Shown here: positions 49,061-57,722 of the stretch, piece by piece
Layout of the letters: the number at the start of each line of letters is the position of its first letter
Numbering within the stretch: position 1 is the first letter of the stretch
Assembly (NCBI GenBank): GCA_035624785.1
Contig: DASPQV010000042.1
Coordinates: 999 to 64,998 of the forward strand
DNA: 64,000 nt
From: Candidatus Binatia bacterium
GTDB lineage: Bacteria; Chloroflexota; Dormibacteria; Aeolococcales; Aeolococcaceae
Direction of reading: 5' to 3'
Translations under genes and position numbers: made by a program
The notes under the pieces: generated by a model
Databases searched by the model: none
Told to the model about the DNA's origin: nothing
The model's input: the letters and a program-made list of their open reading frames with translations, nothing else

Positions 49061-49141
49061 CCTCCAGGCTCGGCCGGTCGGCGGCGGCGTTCGCCGGCGG
49101 CTCGCCGCCGCCGGAGCGGGCGCGGCCGCTCCGAGCCGGCC

Positions 49142-50338
49142 TCAGACCCCGAGGATCTCGAGGATGCGGCGCTCGTCGATGGGCGGGCTGGACGGCCGGG
49201 CGAGCAGGAAGCCCTGGCCGTGGGTCACCCCGATGTTGCGAAGAGCGCGCAGCTCAGCCTCGGTCTCGATGCCCTCGGCGACGATGGTGGTCTGGGTCTC
49301 CCGGGCGAAGGCCACCAGAGCGTAGGAGAGGGCCCGCCGCGGCCGGTCACCGTCGATCCCGCGGGTGAGCGAGATGTCGAGCTTGATGATGTCGGGGGAG
49401 AGCAGGAGGATGTGCCGAAGACTCGCGAACCCGGCCCCGGCGTCGTCGACCGCCACCCGCACTCCAGCGTCGCGAAGCGGACGCAGGACCCGGGCCAGCG
49501 CCTCGTAGTCGGCCACCGGGGCGTGCTCGGTCATCTCCATGACGATCCGGTCCTCGGGCACCGCGCCCAGCATGTCGCCGAGGTCGCGATGCAGCAGGGT
49601 GGTCGGTGACACGTTGAGGGAGAGGTAGGCGCTGGTGGGCAGCTCCGGCAGACCGGCCAGAGCCGCGCTGATCGCGAAGGTCTCGAGGTCCTCGCGCAGG
49701 CCGACGTCCTCCGCCTCCTGGAACCACTGCAGAGGCATGCCGGTATCGAAGCGGGCCAGCGCCTCGACCCCGCTGACCAGGCCTCGGGCCAGGTCGACGA
49801 TGGGCTGGTAGACGGGCCGGACCCCGCCGTGCTCGATGACCGTGCGGATCCGGGTCAGGATCCTCTCCCTGGCGGCCTCGGCGGCCTCCTTGCCGGCCAG
49901 CTCGCCGCTCAGCTCTCGGACCACCGTGCTGGCCACGTCGGCGGAGAAGGCGGACTCGCCGCGAAGCACCCGCTGGATGGTCTTGGTGACCTCGTCGGGC
50001 ATGGAACCCTTGACCAGGTAGGCGCTGGCACCGGCGCGGAGCATCTCCAGGATGCTGGCCCGGTCGCCGTAGGCGGAGAGGGCGACGATGCGGGTCTCCG
50101 GGCTGCCAGCCAGGATGCCCCGGGCAGCCTCGGGGCCGCCACCGCCGGGCATCTTGACGTCCAGGATGGCCACGTCCGGACGCTCCTTGATCGCCTCGGC
50201 GATGGCGGCGTCCGCGTCGGCGGCCACCGCCACCACCTCGAGACCGTCCTCGAGCTCGAGGAGCTCGCGGAGAGCATCGCGGATGTTGGCATCGTCATCC
50301 GCGATCAGCACCCTGACCCTGAGCTGGTCGCCGATCAC
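49142..50338 (-). CDS. response-regulator receiver fused to EAL domain (c-di-GMP phosphodiesterase)
   Basis: REC (VLIADDD...ILDVKMP...ALSA). EAL core has PVYQPIVDL, EALAR, EMTE, DDAGAGFASL, KLD and EGIET motifs. Confidence 0.85.
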   Translation of the reverse strand: MIGDQLRVRVLIADDDANIRDALRELLELEDGLEVVAVAADADAAIAEAIKERPDVAILDVKMPGGGGPEAARGILAGSPETRIVALSAYGDRASILEMLRAGASAYLVKGSMPDEVTKTIQRVLRGESAFSADVASTVVRELSGELAGKEAAEAARERILTRIRTVIEHGGVRPVYQPIVDLARGLVSGVEALARFDTGMPLQWFQEAEDVGLREDLETFAISAALAGLPELPTSAYLSLNVSPTTLLHRDLGDMLGAVPEDRIVMEMTEHAPVADYEALARVLRPLRDAGVRVAVDDAGAGFASLRHILLLSPDIIKLDISLTRGIDGDRPRRALSYALVAFARETQTTIVAEGIETEAELRALRNIGVTHGQGFLLARPSSPPIDERRILEILGV

Positions 50339-50644
50339 GCGGCCGTCCCCTCGAAGGTCCGGGCCGGCGCTCCCGGCATCCAGACCAGCAACCCGGTCCC
50401 CGAAGCGGAGCCCGGCTCGATGCGGAGCCAGCCGCCAGCGCTGGCCAGCACCCGCGGGGGCCGGACCTGGTCAGCACGCCGGGGGAGTCGAAGGCGGGCG
50501 GCGCCTTCCACAGCGGAACCGCTCACTGTCGGGTCGAGTGTAGGAAGCCGGTGGACGGCGCCCCGCCCTCGTGCATCACCGAAACGGCTTGGTCAGCGCC
50601 CCGTCACCATGGCCGCCGCCCCGTCACGTCGCGGCCGCCGAGCG

Positions 50645-52294
50645 CTACCCCTCGGTGGTCGGTTGGAACAGCTCCTCGGCGACCAGCTCGCCCTGGGCGC
50701 GCAGCGTCTCCATCGCCCTGGGAATGATGCCGGTCGGGGTCATCTCGCCGATCACCTGACCGGTGTCAGGATCGATCCCCCGCTGTCGGAAGGTGAAGAT
50801 CTCCTGCTGGCATACCTCTCCGCCTTCGGCGCCCAGCACCTCGGTGATGCTCACCACCTTGCGGGTGCCGTCGCGAAGACGGGACTGGTGAACGATGACG
50901 TTGATGGCCGAGCCGATCTGCTCGCGGATGGCACGGGAGGGCAGCTCCGCGCCGGCCATCAGGACCATGGTCTCCAGACGGCTGATGCAATCCCTGGGGT
51001 TGTTGGCGTGGAGCGTGGTCAGCGACCCGTCGTGACCGGTGTTCATGGCCTGGAGCATGTCCAGGGCCTCCCCGCCGCGGCACTCGCCCACCACGATCCG
51101 GTCCGGGCGCATCCGCAGGGCATTGATGACCAGCTCCCGGATGGTCACCCGGCCGCGCCCCTCCACGTTGGCCGGCCTGGTCTCCAGGGTGACCACGTGC
51201 TCCTGGCGCAGCTGCAGCTCGGCGGCGTCCTCGATGGTGACTATCCGCTCGTCCTCGGGGATGAAGCTCGAGAGGATGTTCAGGGTGGTGGTCTTTCCAG
51301 AGCCAGTGCCGCCCGAGACCACCATGTTCAAGCGGGCCCGGACGCAGGAGCGCAGGAAGGTCACCATGCCCGCGGTCACGGAACCGAACCGGAGCAGGTC
51401 GTCGGAGGTCAGGGCCTCCTTGGCGAACTTCCGGATGGTGACCACCGGGCCGACCAGGGACAGCGGGGGGATGATGACGTTGACCCGGGACCCATCCTTG
51501 AGGCGGGCGTCGACCATCGGCGACGACTCGTCCACCCTCCGGCCGACGGTGCTCACGATCCGGTCGATGACCTGCATCAGCTGTTCCGTGCTCTCGAACA
51601 CCACCGGGCTGCGCACCAGCTTGCCCCGCTCTTCGACGTAGACCTGCTCCGGGCCGTTGACCATGATCTCGGTCAGCTCCGGGTTGGCGAGCAGCTCTTC
51701 CAGGGGACCCAGACCCAAGACGTCGTGGATCAGGATCTCGATGACCCGCTGCCGGTCCTGACGGCTGAGGGTCAGGCTCTGCTCGACGATGACCTCGCTG
51801 ACCAGCTCGGCGATCTTCTGCTCCACCACGTCGGGAGGCGCGGAGTCGGTGTTGCCAGCCAGCTCCTCGACCAGCCGCTGATGAACGCGGGAGCGGAGCT
51901 GGCTGTACGCGCCGCCCTGCTGCCTGGGGTGGACCCGGGAGCCGGCGGTCCGGTTGAGCAGTGACGCGGCCCGGGGACCGTCCGGCGGGCCACCCGGCTC
52001 GGCGCCCCTGCCGAGCAGGTGGGGGGGCACCGGCGGGGCGGGAGCGGACCGGCCGTAGGTGGGAACCGCGGGCTGCCGGGCCGGCGAGGCCGGCGCCGGA
52101 GGGTTGGTGACCAGGGACCGCGCCAGCCAGGCCGGCCTCTCGGACGCCGGCTCGGAGACCGCCGGGGCCTGGCCCGGGCCGGGCGTCTGCCCCGGGGCGG
52201 GCGGCAGCGGCTGAGCCGGAGCCTGCGGGGAAGGCGCCGGTGGGGCGGCGTTGCCTTCCTCGGCCTTGCGCTGGACGCGATCGAGAAGCGACAT
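50645..52294 (-). CDS. cpaF: second CpaF/TadA-type secretion ATPase with ~170-aa Pro-rich N-terminal region
   Basis: [63 protein letters not shown]. Confidence 0.85.
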   Translation of the reverse strand: MSLLDRVQRKAEEGNAAPPAPSPQAPAQPLPPAPGQTPGPGQAPAVSEPASERPAWLARSLVTNPPAPASPARQPAVPTYGRSAPAPPVPPHLLGRGAEPGGPPDGPRAASLLNRTAGSRVHPRQQGGAYSQLRSRVHQRLVEELAGNTDSAPPDVVEQKIAELVSEVIVEQSLTLSRQDRQRVIEILIHDVLGLGPLEELLANPELTEIMVNGPEQVYVEERGKLVRSPVVFESTEQLMQVIDRIVSTVGRRVDESSPMVDARLKDGSRVNVIIPPLSLVGPVVTIRKFAKEALTSDDLLRFGSVTAGMVTFLRSCVRARLNMVVSGGTGSGKTTTLNILSSFIPEDERIVTIEDAAELQLRQEHVVTLETRPANVEGRGRVTIRELVINALRMRPDRIVVGECRGGEALDMLQAMNTGHDGSLTTLHANNPRDCISRLETMVLMAGAELPSRAIREQIGSAINVIVHQSRLRDGTRKVVSITEVLGAEGGEVCQQEIFTFRQRGIDPDTGQVIGEMTPTGIIPRAMETLRAQGELVAEELFQPTTEG

Positions 52295-52385
52295 CCTCGC
52301 TTACGGGCTCCTCGGCGGCTCGGCAGCCGCGGCGGATCCTGACGTTCTTGCCCAGGCTACAACTGGCAGCGATCGCATCGAATCA

Positions 52386-52481
52386 GTGGCCTGCAACGAT
52401 CGTGTCGAAAGCTTTCACCCGGGTACCACGCCGAGGGCATGGTCGCGCCTCCGGGGGCGCGATTCTCGGGTGGCCTGCAAC
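52386..52481. promoter_or_regulatory. 13-bp direct repeat pair in divergent cpaF-2 / CAP-gene intergenic region
   Basis: GTGGCCTGCAACG at 52386-52398 and at 52469-52481, 83 bp apart, between divergent starts. Confidence 0.3.
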
Positions 52482-52532
52482 GGGGTTGTCACGGAGGCAT
52501 GACAGGCCCGCGGGAGCGTCTCCGGCCGCGGT

Positions 52533-53642
52533 GTGATCCAGGCCGTGATCCATGCGGAGGCGGAGCCGGCAGCGATCGCCACGAGCGCGGCGGAGGCGGC
52601 CGAGGACCCGCCCAGCCAGGCCTGGGAGACCCTCTGCCGCACCGCCGACCTGGTCAGGGCGGACGGACCAGCGGCCCCGGCCGGGAGGCACGGTTGGGGC
52701 CGGCGCGCCCTGCTCGCCGCCGGGCTGGTGGCCGCCGGGTTGTCGGTGGCGGCGGTCTGGCACACCCAGCCGGCCAGCGCCGACGGGGGCGCCGACGCCG
52801 ACCTCTTCGCCCTGACCAACCAGGACCGGGCGAGCAACGGCGTCCCCGCCCTGGTCGACAACTCCACCCTCAGCTCGATCGGCGAGAACGCTCCCTACAG
52901 CGGGTGCAGCGGAGCCGGCACCGTCAGCGGCCGAGCTCAGGACATGATCAACCGCGACTACTTCTCCCACCAGATCCCGCCGTGCGGCCAGTACGTGTGG
53001 CCGATGATGACCGCCTACGGCGTCGACTACCGATCGGCCGGCGAGAACATCGGCTGGGTCGGCGGGATCAGCGGCGCTGACAGCGCCGCCCAGTGGATCA
53101 ACAACGCCTTCATGAACAGCCCCGACCACCGCGCCAACATCCTCGACCCCAGCTACACCGACCTGGGGACGGGAAGCGCCCAGACCGCCTCCGGCCAGTC
53201 CTGGACCTGCCCGGCGTCGGAGGGCTGCCAGGGCAGCTACCAGCAGGTATGGATCTTCGCCGAGGAGTTCGCCCAGCTTGCCGCCGCCCCCAAGCCGACG
53301 CCCACGCCCACGGCGCGGCCGACCGCGACGCCCAAGCCAGCGCCAGCCTCCACGCCCACACCGGCTCCCCAGCCCACCTCGACGCCGGCGCCCAGCTCGG
53401 CCCACCCGTCACTCGTCTCCTCCCCCTCCGCGGCCTCCCCCCCGACCGCCGCCACCTCACCGACCCCGGTCACGACGACAGTCCCGACGCCGAGCCCGAA
53501 CCCCGCCCCCACGGCACCGGCGACATCCTCCACGGTCCCGGCGGCAGCCCTGGAGACCGCCCTCCCCGCCCTCGACTTCCGCGGCCTGGGGCTGATCTCC
53601 GACACCATCGAATCGACCCTGGAAGCGTTCCTCTTCGACTAG
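52533..53642 (+). CDS. CAP/SCP (PR-1/YkwD-like) domain protein with Pro/Thr-rich C-terminal region, secreted or membrane-anchored
   Basis: Hydrophobic segment RRALLAAGLVAAGLSVAAVW, then DLFALTNQDRASNGVPALVDNSTL...NRDYFSH...GENIGW...NNAFMNSPDHRANILDPSYTDLGTG, typical of the CAP domain. Followed by ~120 aa of PT repeats. Start is uncertain. Confidence 0.7.
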   Translation: MIQAVIHAEAEPAAIATSAAEAAEDPPSQAWETLCRTADLVRADGPAAPAGRHGWGRRALLAAGLVAAGLSVAAVWHTQPASADGGADADLFALTNQDRASNGVPALVDNSTLSSIGENAPYSGCSGAGTVSGRAQDMINRDYFSHQIPPCGQYVWPMMTAYGVDYRSAGENIGWVGGISGADSAAQWINNAFMNSPDHRANILDPSYTDLGTGSAQTASGQSWTCPASEGCQGSYQQVWIFAEEFAQLAAAPKPTPTPTARPTATPKPAPASTPTPAPQPTSTPAPSSAHPSLVSSPSAASPPTAATSPTPVTTTVPTPSPNPAPTAPATSSTVPAAALETALPALDFRGLGLISDTIESTLEAFLFD

Positions 53643-53712
53643 AGTTGCGGACAATGTCGCCACATACAAGCGGGCGCCGCGTCCACCCCGGTCAACTCCC
53701 GACCCCGCAACG

Positions 53713-54543
53713 ATGGAGCGGATCCTGAGCGAAGACAGCAGCGCCGCCGCGCCCTCCGGCCCGCCCCCGGTGATCCGGGTGGAGGCGCTCTCCAAGAGCT
53801 TCCACATCAGCCGCATGCCGCGGGCAGTGCTGCGCAGCCTGTCCTTCAGCGTCGCGGCCGGTGAGTTCGTGGCCGTGATGGGTCAGAGCGGGGTCGGCAA
53901 GAGCACCCTGCTGCACATCATGGGCGGCCTCGAGCCCCCGGACTCGGGGCGGGTGGTGATCGATGGACGCGACGTGTACGCCATGGGCGACGCGGAACGG
54001 TCGGCCTTCCGGCGGGACCACGTCGGGTTCGTCTTCCAGTTCTTCAACCTGGTGCCCAGCCTCACCGCGGCGGAGAACGTCGCCCTGCCGCTCAGGCTGC
54101 GGACCGCACGGCATGGGGACGGCGCGGCCCGGCTGGACCGGCACACCATCGCCGAGCGGGTGAACGCGCTGATGGACCTGCTCTCCCTCCGCGGCCTCCA
54201 GGGGCACGGTCCCGAGGAGATCTCGGGGGGCGAGCAGCAGCGGGTGGCCATCGCCCGGGCCCTGGCCGCCGCTCCCACGCTGCTGCTCGCCGACGAGCCC
54301 ACCGGCAACCTCGACCGTCCCAGCGGTGACGAGGTCATGGGGCTGCTCAGCCGGCTCTGCCGGGAGCGATCCCAGACCACGGTGCTGGCCACCCACAACG
54401 CGCGGGTCGCCGCCCGCGCCGACCGCGTCCTGGTCCTCCAGGACGGAGCGCTGGTCGACGACATCGTGATCGCGACCGGCACCCATGCGGACGCTGGCGC
54501 CTTCCGGGAGCTGGTCGGCCGGCTCGAGCGCCATGACCTGTAG
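53713..54543 (+). CDS. ABC transporter ATP-binding protein (LolD/MacB-type)
   Basis: Walker A GQSGVGKSTLL, signature ISGGEQQRVAIARAL, Walker B LLLADEPTGNLD. Confidence 0.9.
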   Translation: MERILSEDSSAAAPSGPPPVIRVEALSKSFHISRMPRAVLRSLSFSVAAGEFVAVMGQSGVGKSTLLHIMGGLEPPDSGRVVIDGRDVYAMGDAERSAFRRDHVGFVFQFFNLVPSLTAAENVALPLRLRTARHGDGAARLDRHTIAERVNALMDLLSLRGLQGHGPEEISGGEQQRVAIARALAAAPTLLLADEPTGNLDRPSGDEVMGLLSRLCRERSQTTVLATHNARVAARADRVLVLQDGALVDDIVIATGTHADAGAFRELVGRLERHDL

Positions 54544-54600
54544 CGCCGCGCCGGAGGCCGCGGCCGGCCAGGGTCGGGAGGTCACCTCGACCGAGCCCGC

Positions 54601-57075
54601 GTGATCCGCCCCCTCTTCACCCGCCACCTGACGGCGCGCCCCGGCCGGACCGCCCTGACCGCCCTCGCCGTGTGCCTGGGCGTGGCCGTCATGCTTGGCG
54701 TCCAGGTCGATCTCGCGGGGGTGAGCGCCGAGGCCGAGGCGGCGGCGGGGCTGCGAGCCGGCGCCTCAGGGTTGGACGTTCGGGCGACCGGCGCCAGCGG
54801 TCTCAGCACCGATCAGATCGCCGACCTCGCCGCCCTCCAGGGCGTGACCCAGGTGGTGCCCCTCTATCAGAAGAGGGTGATCGCCGAGGCGGCGCAGCCC
54901 GGAGCTGTCACGGCCACGGTGACTGTGGTCGGGATCCAGGACGGGGGCGCGGCACTGCGGCGGGTGACCCTGACCGCCGGCCGTCTTCCCCGGGCATCGA
55001 GCTCCGACGAGGTCGCCCTGGACAGCGGGCTGGCACAGGCGCTCGCCCCAACCGGACGGCGTCTCGCGATCGGCGGCACCGTCATGCTGACCACCAGCAC
55101 CGGGACCAGCGGCTTCCGGGTGGTCGGGCTGACGTCGGCCAGCGGCGTCAGCGCGAGCTTCACCCAGGACGCGGTCTTCATGCCCGCCGCGGAGCTGCTC
55201 CGCGCCTTCCCGCTCGGCCTCCACGCCTCGCTGGCCGCGCTGCAGCTCGGGCCTCGAGCCAATGCAGCCCAGGTTGCCGCCCGGGCTCGGGGACGGCTCG
55301 GGAGCACGATCACCACCTTCGACCCCGCATCGGACACCGGCGATCCGCTCTCCCAGGTCTCCTCGCTTCTCCTCCTGATCAGCGTGCTCAGCATCGTGGT
55401 CGGCGCCGGGGTCACCGCCAACACGGTGAGCCTGGCGGCCCTGGAGGGACGCCGCGAGATCGGCCTGCTGCGAGCCGCCGGCGCGTCGGCTGGCCAGGTA
55501 TTCCGGCTGCTGACCAGCGAGGCCCTGGTGATCGCGGCGGCCGGCGCGGTCGTGGGCGTCGGTGCCGGCATCGGCCTGGGTGCCGCTCTGCAGGCGGCTT
55601 ACGGAACCGGGCAAGCATCCCCCGTGCCTCTCCGGGTCGACTGGCTGACCGCGCTCCTGGTGGCCCTCGGCGGCATCGTCGCCGCCACCCTCGCTGCCGC
55701 GGTGCCCGCCCTCGCCGCGGCCCGGCAGCCCATCCTCGACGCCCTGAGCCCGGAGACCGCCGGCCGCCGGGAGCCTCTGCGGGGCTGGACCCTGGGAGCC
55801 GCGCTGCCCCTGGTCGCGCTGGCCGCGGTCGCCGACCTCGGTGGGGCGGGGCTGGTGCCAGTCGGGGCGGTCGCGCTCCTCCTCGCCATCCTCCTCTGCC
55901 TACCCCTGGTGGTGCCGCCGCTGACCCGGCTGCTCGCCCGCCTGCTGCGCACCCTGCTGCCCGAGTGCGAGGTCGCCGCGGCCGGGCTGAGCCGCAACCG
56001 CAACCGCACCGCCCTGACCCTCTCCGGCTTGGTCACCGCGGTGGCGGCAGCCAGCGCCTGCAGCATCCTGGTGGCGGGAAGCTCGTCGGCAGCCGACCAG
56101 TGGGTCGACCACCTCTTCATCGGCGACACCCTGGTCCGCAGCCCGGTCACCGAGCACCCGGCCGTCGCTTCGCAGCTCAGCCAGCTGGCCGGCGTCGAGG
56201 TAACCCCGCTGCGATTCTTCCCGGCGGTCGTGGACAGCGACGTGATCGGCGTGGTGGCGCTGGACAGCCGTGCCCAGGAGGCCGGCGGCGCGTTCCAGAT
56301 GGTCGCCGGCGATCGCGGCGACGCCTTCGCCGCCCTGAGAGGCGGAGCCAACCTGCTGGCTCCGTCAGTCCTGGCGGATGCCGACGACTGGCAGGTGGGC
56401 ACCGAGCTGCCCGTATCCACCCCGACAGGAACGGTCATCTTCCGAGTCGCCGGCATCCTCGAGCACTCCTTTCCTGCTGCCGACGGCCGGGAGTCGCTGG
56501 TCATCGACAACCGGGAGGCGGTCCGGGTCTTCGGCAGCGACGCGGACGGATTCGACGACCTGGAGGTGCTCTCCCCGGGGCGGGGGGCCGACGTGGTCAG
56601 GACGGCGAGCCGTTACGGTCTGTCCGCCACGCCGGTGAGCGCCATCAGAGCCGCGGTGGAATCAGCCCTCGGCTCGACGATCGGAATCCTGCCGGCGCTC
56701 TCCTGGATCACCGTGATCATCGCCATGCTCGCCCTGATCACCACCGTCTCGGTCAGCGTCCGCAGCGGCCGGCGCGAGCTGGCCCTGCTCCGGGTGGTCG
56801 GCCTCAGCGCCTCGCAGATCCGCCGCTTCGTGCTCGCCCAGGCTGGGTTCCTGGGCGTCGCCGCCGCCCTGGTGGGCACCGGGGTGGGCTGTCTGCTCGC
56901 CCTGCCGATGCTGCAGGCGGGCGCCAGCCCGGGGTTCGCACCCGCGTTTGCCCTGCCGGCCCTCACCGTGGTGGTGGTCGCGGCCGGAGTGGTGGCCTCA
57001 GCGGTGGCCGCCGCCGTCCTGCCGGCGCGCCGAGCGGCGCAGGCTGACATCGTGAGCGCGGTGCAGCGCGTATGA
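54601..57075 (+). CDS. FtsX-family ABC permease with duplicated FtsX domain (824 aa)
   Basis: Two units of TM + large extracytoplasmic loop + 3 TM. Directly downstream of the ATPase gene. Confidence 0.8.
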   Translation: MIRPLFTRHLTARPGRTALTALAVCLGVAVMLGVQVDLAGVSAEAEAAAGLRAGASGLDVRATGASGLSTDQIADLAALQGVTQVVPLYQKRVIAEAAQPGAVTATVTVVGIQDGGAALRRVTLTAGRLPRASSSDEVALDSGLAQALAPTGRRLAIGGTVMLTTSTGTSGFRVVGLTSASGVSASFTQDAVFMPAAELLRAFPLGLHASLAALQLGPRANAAQVAARARGRLGSTITTFDPASDTGDPLSQVSSLLLLISVLSIVVGAGVTANTVSLAALEGRREIGLLRAAGASAGQVFRLLTSEALVIAAAGAVVGVGAGIGLGAALQAAYGTGQASPVPLRVDWLTALLVALGGIVAATLAAAVPALAAARQPILDALSPETAGRREPLRGWTLGAALPLVALAAVADLGGAGLVPVGAVALLLAILLCLPLVVPPLTRLLARLLRTLLPECEVAAAGLSRNRNRTALTLSGLVTAVAAASACSILVAGSSSAADQWVDHLFIGDTLVRSPVTEHPAVASQLSQLAGVEVTPLRFFPAVVDSDVIGVVALDSRAQEAGGAFQMVAGDRGDAFAALRGGANLLAPSVLADADDWQVGTELPVSTPTGTVIFRVAGILEHSFPAADGRESLVIDNREAVRVFGSDADGFDDLEVLSPGRGADVVRTASRYGLSATPVSAIRAAVESALGSTIGILPALSWITVIIAMLALITTVSVSVRSGRRELALLRVVGLSASQIRRFVLAQAGFLGVAAALVGTGVGCLLALPMLQAGASPGFAPAFALPALTVVVVAAGVVASAVAAAVLPARRAAQADIVSAVQRV

Positions 57076-57689
57076 CGGGCCCCAGGCTGGGTGCCCTAGT
57101 GGCCCTGGCGGTCCTGCTCGGGGGATGCGGGAGCCCCACGTCGCCACTGCTGCTGCGCGGTGATCCGCGCGGCTACCTGCTCAGCCTGGAACAGCTTCCC
57201 TCGCCGGACTTCACCGTGTACAGCGGGGCCGCCGCCACCGATGCGGGCTGGCTGGATACCGGCAGCGCCGCGACGCTGACCCGCGACGGGTTCCAGGCAG
57301 CGGCCACCGTCGAGTACCTCCGCCAGGGCGAGCTGGTGGACTTGGCGACGAGCAACGGCCCGATCACCCTCACCTCCGCGGTGGCCAGGTTCGCGAGCCC
57401 CGGCGGAGCGGCGGCCGCAGTCGGCAGCCTGGCGTCGGCTCTGAATGCACGGGCCGGCGCCGTCCCGCTCTCGACCGGGCCGCTCGGAGACGGCGGCCAC
57501 GCGGTTTCCAACAGCGCCACCCTCGACTCCGTGGCGGTGGTCCGGATCACCGTGGTGTGGCGGGTCGCCAACCTGGTCAACAGCCTGGCCGCTGACGGGC
57601 GCTCCGGAGGCCTCGACCTCGACCAGCTCCTCCCGGTGGCCCGGGCGCAGACGGCGGCCGAGCAGGCCTCGACGGGCGCCTCCGGGTAA
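57072..57689 (+). CDS. putative lipoprotein
   Basis: Signal peptide with lipobox LLGGC. 4-nt overlap with the permease gene. Confidence 0.6.
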   Translation: MTGPRLGALVALAVLLGGCGSPTSPLLLRGDPRGYLLSLEQLPSPDFTVYSGAAATDAGWLDTGSAATLTRDGFQAAATVEYLRQGELVDLATSNGPITLTSAVARFASPGGAAAAVGSLASALNARAGAVPLSTGPLGDGGHAVSNSATLDSVAVVRITVVWRVANLVNSLAADGRSGGLDLDQLLPVARAQTAAEQASTGASG

Positions 57690-57722
57690 GGCCACCGCGC
57701 AGAAGCCACCCCCACCCGGCGG

